This document shows positions 27,542 through 40,250 of a DNA stretch of 64,000 bases, in pieces. This DNA comes from the human T2T-CHM13v2.0 reference genome, Homo sapiens. The first letter of the stretch is position 1, and each line of letters begins with the position of its first letter. The position numbers were made by a program, and so were the translations under genes. Where the stretch lies: assembly GCF_009914755.1 (NCBI RefSeq), contig NC_060930.1; one strand, written 5' to 3'. The notes below the pieces were generated by a model. It was given only the letters and a program-made list of their open reading frames with translations, did not search any database and was not told the DNA's origin.

Positions 27542-27840
27542 GGTCGGGCACAGTGGCTCAAGTCTATAATCCCCGCGCTTTGAAAGGCCAAGGTGGTGGG
27601 TGGATCACTTCAAGTCAGGAGTTCAAGACCAGCCTAGCCGACATAGCAAAAGCCCATCTGTACTAAAAATACAAAAATTAGCCAGGTGCAGTGGCACATG
27701 CCTGTAGTCCCAGCTTCTCGGGAGGCTGAGGCATTAGAATTGCTTGAGCCTGGGAGGCGGAGGTTGCAGTGAACTCAGATTGTGCCACTGCACTCTGGCC
27801 TGGGTGACAGATTAAGATTCTGTCTCAAAAATAAAAAAAT
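27542..27840 (+). mobile_element. Alu (S-type)
   Basis: Full dimer. TSD gaatgcagctg / gaatgtagctg. Confidence 0.95.
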
Positions 27841-28048
27841 ATTTTCAAAAAGAATGTAGCTGGATCCCTATCTCACACCATATATAAAAATTAACACAAA
27901 ATGGATTAGAGAGCTAACTGAAGAGCTAAAACTATGAAACTCTTAGATGAAAACACAGATGTAAGTCTTTCTGATAGTGGCTTAAGACAATGGTCTCTTA
28001 GATATGACATCAGAAGCAGAAGAAACACAAGAAAAAATAGACAAACTA

Positions 28049-28380
<332 letters not shown>

Positions 28381-31340
28381 TTAAAATTTTTGTGATTTAA
28401 AGGATACTGTCAAGGAAACTAAAAGACAATTCACAGAATGGCAGACAATATATGCAAATCATATATCTGATAGGGTAACTTTTTACAGTATATATAAAGA
28501 ACTCTTACAGCTCAATAAAAGGAAAACCCTACTAAAACAATGGGCAAAGGATCTGAATAGACATTTCTTCAAAGATGTATAAATGTCCAATAAGCAAGTA
28601 AAACTATGTTAATCATTAGTAATTAGAGATGCAAATCAAAAGACACTATGAGCTCTCATTTTACATACACTAGGATGGCTAGAATCAAGAAGATATGTGT
28701 TGACAAGAATGTGGAGAAACTGCAACTATCATAGCTGGTAGTAAGTAAAATGGTACAGCCACTTTGGAAAACCGTCTGGCAGCTCCTCAAAAAGTTAATC
28801 ATAGGGTATCTATGACCCAGAAATTACACTCCCATTTTCTGCAATAAAAATGAAAACACATAGCCATACTATGTTACACAATTCTTCATAACAGCAATAT
28901 TCTTAACAGTCAAAAAGTGTTTCCACCAACCAATGGATAAACAAAATGTGATATATTAATACAATGGAATATTAATTTGGCAACAAAAAGGAATGGAGTA
29001 TTGATATATGATACAGCATAAATCAACCTTTAAAACATTAACCTTTAAAACATGTTAAGATAAAGAAGTCAGAAACGAGAGGTCACATTTTGTATAATTC
29101 CATTTATATGAAATGTCCAGAATAAGTAAATCCATAAAAACAAAATAGTTAGTTGCTGCCTGGAACTGGGAGGAGTGAGTGTTTTGGGGTTCCTTTTTCA
29201 GGTGACAAAAATGTTTAAAAATTAAATAGTAAGGGTTGCATAACTCTGTGAATATAGTAAAAATTACCAAATTGTGCATTTTTAAAGGGTGAATATGTAC
29301 ATGAATTATACATCTCAATACAACTCTCATTAAAAAAATAAAGATGACAACTTTGTTCCACTCTATTACGTAAACAGCTTGGAAATCATCACTCCCATCC
29401 TCACAAGAAAAAAAGCAGAACAACTGAAAATCAACTACTCTTAGAAGCACTGGAAAACTGAGTTCACAGGTCACAACACCTCCAGAAAAACTGAAGAAAC
29501 ATGTGAATATAGACATATGGAGCTATATTTACTCTAAAGCCAATAACTGGAAGGAACACTTTAAAAGTAAGTAGCAAACTGCTGGAGACTGAGAGTGAAC
29601 TAACTTGAGCTTTAACTTGTGAGGGCTCAGTCTTAAGGAAGAATATAGGTGAGAAAAGGAGCTCCACCTGGTTTTTATTAGAGTAAAATCCCTCCATTTT
29701 GAGTAGGGAAAAGGGAAAAGTAACCATTTTGAAATCTGACCTAGAGTAAGAGCAATAATTCCAGCCCCCTCTAACCTGCCTGAGAGGAGGGAAGAAAAAA
29801 GCTTAAGAAATTCTTTTGAAGGTCCGTTCAGGAACTCTGGTCCACTAAAAAACCCAACAGATTTCATCATATGATTATAGAACACTTCTCCTCTCTACTA
29901 AACAGGGCTCCAATATAACAGATTACAACTGAGAAAATTACAAGAAATAGACTTTTTTTAATTAATAAAAGTTTCTAAGGAAACTCAAAACAAGACAAAA
30001 ACCAGGAAAGTAGAGGAAAATGAAATGTCTTATACCTACAAACAATATAAATACCTAGTGAACATTAAACACAGCCTAACTCCCAGCCAGATAAACCTAA
30101 AATCTCACATTAAACACCTGTTTACCTGAGTTTCTACTACTCAATAAGCCATGTCCAGATTTCAACAAAAAATTGCAAGGCATGTAACAGGCAAGGAAAA
30201 GGTCTGAAGAGACAAAGCAAGCATCGAAACCAAACTCAGATAAGGTAGATTTTGAATGATCAAACTGGACATTTTAAATAACTCATTAAAATGCTAAGGG
30301 CTATAAGAAAGAATCAAAACAAAATGCTAGAAATAAAAAGCATTAACACAAATAAAGAATGCCTTTGACGAGCAATCAGCAGACTAAAAAAAACAACAAT
30401 CAGTGAGCTTGAAAAAAAACTGGAACATGGTATTTGAGAATGGAGGACAACTATAAAAGGTGAAAAATATTCATAATAGTAATGCTAGAAGGAGAAGAAA
30501 CAAAGAAAATGAAGTATTTGAAGTAATGATGGTTGATGATTTTCCAAAATTAATGACAGATCCCCCAAACCCCAAATCCAGAAAGCTCAGAAAACACTAA
30601 ACAGGATAAACATCAAAACATCAACACCTCATCTTCAAACCTAGGTCAAAGACAAAGAGTAGGTCTTGAAAGAAATCAGGAAAAAACAAAACAAAACACT
30701 CACTCTATATAAAAGAAGGGCAAGAATTATATCAGATTTCTCTTCAGAAATCATGTAAGCAAGAAGAGAGTGGAGTGAAATATTTAAGTGTTGGGAAAAA
30801 ACCCCACCAAGCTAGGATTTAGCATCCAGAGAAATTATCCCTCAGAAGTGAAAGAAAAATAAAGACTTTCTCAGACAAACAAAAATAGAGGGAACTTGTG
30901 GCCCACAAACTTGCCTTGCAAGAAATGTTACACGTTCTTCAGAGAAAAGGAAAATGATATAGGTGAGAAAATAGAATCCTTATGAAGAAAGGGAGAGTCC
31001 AAGAAGGAATAAATGAAGATACACTCTTTTATTTTTCTTAATCTTAATTGATCACATAGATAAGTATTCAAAATAGTAACAATATCTTGGGTAACTGCTG
31101 ACTATGGATAAGTGAAATGAATAACAGCAATGCTATAAGGGACAGGAGGGAGGAGTTGGTTATATTCTGTTATAAGGTACCTGCACTATGTGTGAAGCAG
31201 TGTAAATGGTATTTAAAAATGAACTTAGATGAGCTCTAAGGGAAACTACCAAAAAATCTTTTTTAAAGAAGTACAATTAGTATTTTATACAGAAAAGAAA
31301 AATGGAATAATATACAATGCTCAATTAAAATCAGACAATG

Positions 31341-31694
<354 letters not shown>

Positions 31695-32009
31695 CTAAAA
31701 CCCAACTTTAACAATACTTTCAATGTGAATCATCTAAATATACCAATTAAAAGACAGAACTGACAAGAGTGAACAAAAAGACCCAAATATATGTTGTCTA
31801 CAAGAAACTCACTCTAAATATAAAGACACAGATAGGTTAAAGGGATGGAGAAATACATACAATGCCAACACTGATCAAAAGGCAGCTGGACTAGTTATAT
31901 TAATTTCTAACAAAGCAGAATTCAGAACAAGGAAAATTATCGGAGAAAAACAGGAATAGTACATAATGATCAAGGATCAATTATCAAACAAGATATAACA
32001 ATCCTTAAT

Positions 32010-32507
32010 TGTCAAGGGTCGTGATCAACTCAGTATAGTACTGGAGGCTATATGTGCAAACAGCAAACTGTTTCTCATAAAAGCAGGATGTCGGCAAACT
32101 GACAAACTGTGTCTGTTGCCCAGAAGGAATGCTGAGGGCAGCCACCACCCAGGCACAAGTGTTTCTTCTGATTAGGCATAACTGAAACCTGTTAGCAATA
32201 ATGTGAACCTGTGATCAATCCAGCAGCTGACCAATCATTACCTCCTCCTGCTGCTCTTTCTACCCAATACATACTAAGGGCTGTAGAGTCTTAGGCAGCT
32301 GCCTTTGCTCACTAAAAGCAGGGAGCCCTTTTCTTCTTCTCTTCTCCTTCCCCATGTTACCCTTACTTTAAAGTAGTTACCTTTGTCTTAAGTTTTCATT
32401 TCTATGTCTGTCCCCCTTGATTCAGTCTCATAATGATGGTCTCAAGTAGTAACAGTAATAACTGTCTCAGTGACAGTCTCAAGTAGTAACTGTGGCAGTC
32501 AGCCACA
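32010..32507 (+). mobile_element. Solo ERV LTR, LTR18-like
   Basis: TG...CA termini and a perfect CTTAAT target-site duplication (32004-32009 / 32508-32513). It interrupts otherwise continuous L1 ORF2 endonuclease sequence. The subfamily is from recall. Confidence 0.8.
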
Positions 32508-35369
32508 CTTAATGTGTCTGAGCCTAACAACAAAGTGTCAAAAGATGTGAGACAAAAACTGATAGAGCTACGAGAAGCAGCAGTTAACTCCACAGCTATA
32601 ACTGAAGACATCAACACCCCTATATCAACAACTGGCAGACACAGCAGGCAGAAAACCAGTAAACATATAGTCAAACTGAAAAGTATCATCCATCAACTGG
32701 ATTTCATTGACATTTATAGTATACTTTATCCAATAACCGCATAATACATATTCTTCTTAAGCTCACAAAAACATTCACCAAAACAGAACACATTCTGGGA
32801 CATAAGAAAGACATGCCTTAACTAAAGTCATACAAACTATGCTCTCAGACTTTAATAGAATTAAACTAGAAATCAACAAAAGAAAGATAGCTGGAAAATC
32901 CCCAAATATCTGGAGATTAAACAACACATTTTAAAATAACACATCAAAGAAGTCTAAAGAGAAATTTAAAACTATTTTCAACTAAATGAAAACAACTTAT
33001 CAAAATTTGTGGGATGCAGTGAAAGCAGTGCCTACAGAGAAATTTATAGCACTGAATGTAATGGTGATCTAAAAATCAATGATTTAACTTTCCGCCTTAG
33101 GAAACTGGAGCAATAAATACAAACCTAGAGAAAGAAGAAGAAATGAGAAATAGAGATAGCAATGAAATTTTAAAAAATAAAATAAAATAAAATAAAAATC
33201 AACAAAATTAAAAGCCAGTTCTTTGAAAAGATCAGTAAAATTGATAAACCTCTAGCCAGGATAACCAACAAAAAAAAAACACAAATTATTAATACCAAAA
33301 TCAAAGACATAAGAAACTATTATTATCAGTAATAATATCAATACTGATCCCAGACATTAAAAAAGTATTAAAGAAACATTTATAACTAACTTTATGCCCA
33401 CAAATTTGATTATTTAGATGAAATGGATTTCAAGGCAATTCCCTGAAAGATATAATTTATCAAAACACACAAGGAGAAAATGAAAATCTGAATATGCCTC
33501 TATAGATTAAAAAATTAAATCAATAATTAATAACCTTTACAGAAATGAGAAAGAAGAGGAAGAACTCTGGTAACTAGATCGAATTGTAGTGTCAAAATAA
33601 ACTCCATCCATTGAAAGAGCCTAGAAGCAATGATACCCAAGAGTAGAAAGCACACCCATAATAAATCTATTAAATAAAATTCAAGAATATTTGTTGCATA
33701 ATGTTTGTCCTCAGAATATATCCAATAAGGGTGTACGATATATTGTGTTCAAAAGTTATCTGCATTCATTATTTTTTTTTATTGTGGTTATTGTTTGTAA
33801 AAGCTAAATAAAAACATATACTCAGAAAAAAATAATAGTAACAATTAATAACCTTCCAAAAAAAACAAACACTGGGCCCAGATGGCTTCAGGGTAATTCC
33901 AACCAAACATGTAAGGAAGAAATAACACAACTGTCTCCAATCTTTTCCAGAAAATACACTCAGAGGGTACACTTTCTAAGTCATTCTGAGTCTAGCATTA
34001 CCCTAATGCCAAAACCAAATAAAGACATTACAAGAAGGGAAAACTGCAGACAAATATCTCTTATGAACACAGATGCAAATATCCTCAATAAAGTATTAGC
34101 AAATCAAATCCAACAAGGTATACAAGAACTATACCTCCTTGAAGTCTGGATATTAAAATAAATAAATTAAATTAAAATTTTAAAAAAAGAACTATACACC
34201 AAGACTAAGTGGGATTTATCCCAGGTATGCAAGGCTGGCTCAACATTCAAAAAAAACAATGTAATCAATCACATCAAGAAACTAAAGAAGAAAAATCACG
34301 TGATCAGACCAATAGATGCAGAAAACGCATCTGACAAAATCCAACACCATTCTTGATAAAAACTCTCAGTAAACTAGGAATAGAGGGGGAGCTTCCTCAA
34401 CTTAATAAAGAACATCTACAAAAAACCTACAATTAGTATCATACTTAATGGCTAAAACTAGACACTTTCTCTTTAAGACCAGGAAAAAGGCAGAGGTATT
34501 TCCTTTTACGGCTCTTATTCAACATCATAGGGGAAGTCCTAGCTAATGCAATGAGACAAGAAAAGGAAATAAAAGGTATATAGATTGAGAAAGAAAAAAT
34601 AAACCTACTTTTGTAGCTGAAAAGATTGTTTATGCAGACAACATCAAAGAATTGACAGAAAAAAACCTCTTGGAAAAAATAAGCAATCATAGCAAGGTGG
34701 CAGGATACAAGGTTAATATGCAGAAGTCAATTTCCTACGCACCAGCAATGAACTGGAATTTTAAACACACAATACCACTTATATTAGCACCAACAAAAAG
34801 GAAATAATTAGGCATAAATCTAACAAATATTGACAAAATTGATACCATAAAAACTATAAAACTGCTGAAATACTCAAAGAAAAGCTAAATAAATAGAAAA
34901 ATAGCCTATGTTCATGGACAGGAAGACTCAAATTTTAAAATTTCGAATTCTGAATAGTTTATTCATGTATATAAGTTACTGACACAGTAAGAGGGATCTT
35001 TTTTTTATCTTACAAGACCTAAAAATTACTTAATACCTTTGAAATAAAATGTTTTATTTCTGCCAAATGGCATTATGAATATAATAAGACTTAAGAGCAC
35101 CAAAAGTTAGTTACTACAGCAAGATACACTAGTATACGTATATCTATTTATATTAAGAAACTCAGGGCACTTGTCTATAATTCACAAGTTACCAATCTTA
35201 AACATTTAAGCTTATGAACATATACCCATTTTTTTCTCATGTAAAAGAACAAACTTTAACATCTTTCAACCATCATAAGTGAAATAATATTAAAAGTGAT
35301 ATATACCAACTGGTGATTCACATAGTAGTGTTATAAAATCAAACCAAAAACATTCCAGCAACAACTGCA

Positions 35370-35670
35370 GGCCAGGTGTGGTGGCTCAAGCCTATAATCC
35401 CAGCACTTTAGGAGGCTGAGGTGGGTGGATCACTTGAACCCAACAGTTTGAAACTGGTCTGGGCAACAAGGCAAAACCCCGTCTCTACATAAAATATAAA
35501 AAATTAGCCAGGCATAGTGGTATGTGCCTGCAGTGCCAGCTACTCAAGAAGCTGAGGTGGGAGGATCACTAAGTCCAGGAGTTCAAGGCTGCAGTGAACA
35601 GTGATCACGTCACTGTACTCCAGCCTGGGCAACAGAGTGAGATCTTATCTCAAAAAACAAACAAAAAACA
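35370..35670 (+). mobile_element. AluJ
   Basis: Full dimer. Confidence 0.93.
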
Positions 35671-35896
35671 ATTACAGATGCTCCTGTGAAAATATTTCAA
35701 TCAGGTTACATACTTGAGACGTATTTCAGTGTTTAGAAAAGGCAATCACTATCTAAAAGAAATGAGAACTTATAAAAAATAATAAAGAACCAAAAGGAAA
35801 GCAATTGTTGAGAAAGCTATGGTTCTCAAAGATTATTAACACAGAAATTATTTGACAAGGTAAACAGAACTTCAGCTGGCCACTGCATTTAAAACA

Positions 35897-36415
35897 TGTT
35901 TCTTATTTACTATATTTTATTATGTTTTGGCTTTTTAAAAGCTTGCTGGCCAGGGCTAGTGCTTTCTTAGAGATAAGAGGGCTCACAGGAGCATGTCTTC
36001 CATATACAAACCAACCAATCCTGAGTCTACAGCCAAATCCACCTCCTTATCTAACGCTCACATACGAAGCCAGTATTTCCTGCCCTAAATCATTCCAGAG
36101 TCAGGTACCAGGCAATTAGAGACCACCTCTACAGCTCAAAGCCTGGAGGAATCATCCAAACTCTTCAATCCTCAACTGTTTACTCTGCCCTCCCTTGCCT
36201 TTCCCAGGAAATCCCAATACTCTGGCCTGGACTTTTCCGTGGCTCCTGTCTTCTGCTTCCTGACTAAAACCTGGTGCTTCCCCTGTGTAGCATGCAGTGA
36301 CCCTCCCTGAGACCTGTGAGTATAATAAAATTCTTCCTTCTAAGCCTTATTCTCATATCCCCCTGCAGCTACCCAGACTTTACCACACCGTATCCAACAC
36401 CTACATTCTTAGAAT
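35897..36415 (+). mobile_element. ERVL-type LTR (MER74/MER54-like)
   Basis: Motifs caaaccaaccaatcc, ccagtatttcctgccctaaatca, caggtaccaggcaattagagaccac and gacctgtgagtataataaa recall the MER54/73/74 group. Confidence 0.6.
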
Positions 36416-37614
36416 AGCCACTATTAATATACAAAATAAATTTAAGTATATGCATGCTCAAAATATTGCAAAGTGAAATATTAATCACCAGATGATTATC
36501 TGCACCAATGGAACTGAGGTAAGAAACTTAAAACTAAAGTAACAGAAAACAGAAATCCTTTTTTCAAACCTAGAACATTCTGCTGTGATTAAAAAAAAAA
36601 TTTGTTCCAATTCTAATTCTATGCTGACAGTAAAGCAGCTACTTATCTCTCTCTACACTGCACCTTCTCTACCACATTCTTCCCAAAGCATAAAGAATCA
36701 TGAAAAACAGAAATTCTTTCTTGCCTTCGGAAAGTTCACAATAATATACACCAAGCTGCATCTTTCTTCAGCTGCATCTTTCTCCCATTACCTCTCGAAG
36801 AGCTATAAAAATATAAATATACAATACCTAAAATTAAGGCCTGGCTATATTTACTAAGATGGCCTTCAAAGTACCTATTCATTTATCCTGCCTTTTAATA
36901 ATTAAGACAATAAGGCTCTAAAAACAAGAAAAGCCTATTAGTTTGAGAGTTCCTCTGACGATTCTTTGTCGAATAATTCCATCTGTAGTTAACTACTACA
37001 ACAACAACAAAACACAAAATAACTTGTTAAACTGTTAAATGTTAAGGAAAATAATCTATCATATGCATAAAACAACATATTCTACTTTTCACCCAACAGA
37101 CACAAAATTGTTTATGTTTCCAATAAACTGACATTTTTGGTTAATAAAATTATTTATATTTTAATCCATATTTAAAATCTTGTTTTTCAACATATCCCTA
37201 TAAGATTAATAAATAAAAAGTAGCAACTTTAAATCACACAAATAAGTTCAGAAGAAACTGATTTACATTTCAATTCTATAAACATTACAGGTTCTACTTG
37301 TACCAAATGAGATGTACCTATAAAACTATGGAGACTGAGATGCGTTTTACTGTTTTGTTTTTCAATAATATTTCTCTTCACAAGTGCTATAACTTAAAAA
37401 TTACACTGGATGTTCAAGACTTGTTCACAGGAAGTCTCCAATTTTTAATATAAATCGGTCAAAAAATAGTGTTCTTATTTACTTAAGAATTACAAGGAAA
37501 AAAAGGAAAATTATTTCAGAAATAAAGACAAGCTAATTGGAACACAAAGTAAAAGACCCCACAAGAAAAGAGGAAAGAGAATGGAGGAAATTTTTAAAAT
37601 AACGAAGTTAGTCA

Positions 37615-37675
37615 AGTGTTACAGATCCTTTAGAATTTCTCTGGCAGGTTTTCCAGTTTTTACCAAAAAACTCTT
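37615..37675 (+). pseudogene. Retroposed U7 snRNA pseudogene (RNU7-type)
   Basis: AGTGTTACAGATCCTTTAGAATTTCTCTGGCAGGTTTTCCAGTTTTTACCAAAAAACTCTT aligns end to end with U7 as I recall it (CAGTGTTACAGCTCTTTTAGAATTTGTCTAGTAGGCTTTCTGGCTTTTTACCGGAAAGCCCCT). It has an A-rich tail and a 12-bp TSD GAAGTTAGTCAA (37604-37615 / 37697-37708). Confidence 0.9.
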
Positions 37676-37989
37676 CAAAAAAACAAAATAATAGAAGAAG
37701 TTAGTCAAAGAAGACCCAACATACATTCATAATTAGAGTCCCTAAAAAACAAACCCATGTAATGGAACAGAACAAATACTGAAAACCATCATACGAAAAA
37801 ACTTTTCTGAAATAAAACACTTGAACCTACTCTTAAGACCATACCAAGATCAACACCAAGACATAGTCAAGTAATGGTTCTTTAAAGAAAAAGAAAAATC
37901 TTTCAGGTAACAGGCAAATGACCAAATTTCTTGTAAGAAAAAAATGTCTGAAGACTTTGAAAATGTCCATGGAGCTCATAAAAAAACAT

Positions 37990-38314
37990 GGCTGGGTACA
38001 GTGGTTCATGCGTGTAATCCCAGCACTTTGGGAAGCTGAGGTGGGAAGATCATCACTTGAGCCCAGGAGTTCAAGACAAGCCTGAGCAACACAATGGGAC
38101 CCTGTCCCAACAAAAATAAAAATAAAAATAAAAAATAAAGTTAGCTGAGCATAGTGGTGCGCACCTGTACTCCCAGCTACTCAGGAGGCTGAGGCGGGAG
38201 GATCGCTTGGCCCCAGGAGGTTGAGGCTGCAGTGAGCCATGATTGTGCCACAGCCCTCCAACCTGGGCAACTAAGTGAGAGTCTGTCTCGGAAAAAAAAA
38301 AAAAAGAAAGAAAG
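37990..38314 (+). mobile_element. AluJ
   Basis: Full dimer. TSD aaaacatg. Confidence 0.93.
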
Positions 38315-39402
38315 AAAACATGAGCCAGGGATTTTACATACAATCAAAGCTTCAAATATAATGAGTATAATGGTCACAAGCAAATAGTTTGAACCAAAAG
38401 GACTTAAAAGAATATTGTTCCCATGAGCTCACTTGTAGAATGTGAGCTTCAGATAACCAAAAAATCCTCGAAGTATCTTTGGGATAAGGTCTGATGATGA
38501 GTATTGAATATAATTTAAAATTAACACTAAGTGATCAGAATAAAGATAACAGTATAGTGTATGCAAATGTTATATGCTCATAAAATATAGATATAAAACA
38601 ATTAACAAAAAAGAGAATTTACAGAAAAAGCAATGACCTACTGATACACTCAACTACCTGGATGAGTATCACATGCATCATGCTAAGTGATTACAAAATA
38701 GCCATTTTCAAAAGGTTACATTTATATAACATTCTGGCTTCAAAAGGCAAAACTATAGGGACAGAAGACAGATCAGTGGTTGTGAGGAGTTGGGGGTGGG
38801 AGGAGGGTTTGAGATAAAGGGGCAACAAGAGAGAGTTTGGCGTGGTTGTTATGTAATTTTAGTTGTGGTTGTTATGTAATTCTATTTGTCAAAACTCACA
38901 ACTATACACTGAAAAAAATGTATTTTACTGCACATTAATCAATAATACATTTTAAGTGCAAAAAACCCACAGACACTGGGGAAAGGGAAGAAAAGGTGCT
39001 GAAGAGGTTACTAGCTAATTTCATTATTGCTCACAATACAAGAGTACCTTAAAAGGAGGGGACTATAGGTATTAGTATAAATGTACCTCTCTCAATGTAA
39101 AAATATACTAAACCTCTCAAAAAAAAAAGAGCAAACAAAATAGATAAAATAAAAAAATTCAAAAGCAACAAAAATGTTTCAAGTTTCCTTTCACTCCCAT
39201 CCCCATTTAACCACTTCCTCTACTTACAGCCAACTAGTGTCATCAGCTATTTGTGATACCTCTTCAAAGTTTTCGATGGCATATTTGCTTCCATTTTCAA
39301 AAGGAAATAACAAAAGAATAAATCAAGAACTAATGAAAATGGTTACCTGAAGGGGGAAGAAAAAAAGGATGACGTGAACCTTCTGTGAAGTGCCTTCTTT
39401 CC

Positions 39403-39697
<295 letters not shown>

Positions 39698-39990
39698 AGT
39701 GCCTTCTTCAACAGTCTTACTTTGAAACAATGTAAATGTTTTATATAATTAAAACAAAAATTTAAAAATCAGTCCCTAAGAATGGAAGATAATTTTAAGT
39801 AAGTGAAACTAGTATATATCAAGTTGGTGGCAGAAATACAGAAAAAAGAATTACTTCAAGTGACTTTAAAACACAGTATTTTGAATATCCATCCCTAATG
39901 GGATATATTCTAAAGACTGAAGCAAAATTAAAAAAAAAAAAAAAAAAGACTGCAAAAAAACATACAGTATTCAATGTTCTTAATACATAA

Positions 39991-40250
<260 letters not shown>

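Larger units (their letters stand above)
37480..39400 (+). mobile_element. Decayed L1M(E/C) fragments
   Basis: atgctaagtga...aaaaggcaaaactatagggacagaagacagatcagtggtt...tttgtcaaaactcac 3'UTR motifs. Confidence 0.55.

Noticed and set aside
38842-38881. Short tandem duplications (17 bp here; also 29025-29053, 43038-43068, 47495-47532)
   Set aside because: Two-copy slippage duplications inside old repeats. No regular repeat-spacer array, so nothing CRISPR-like.
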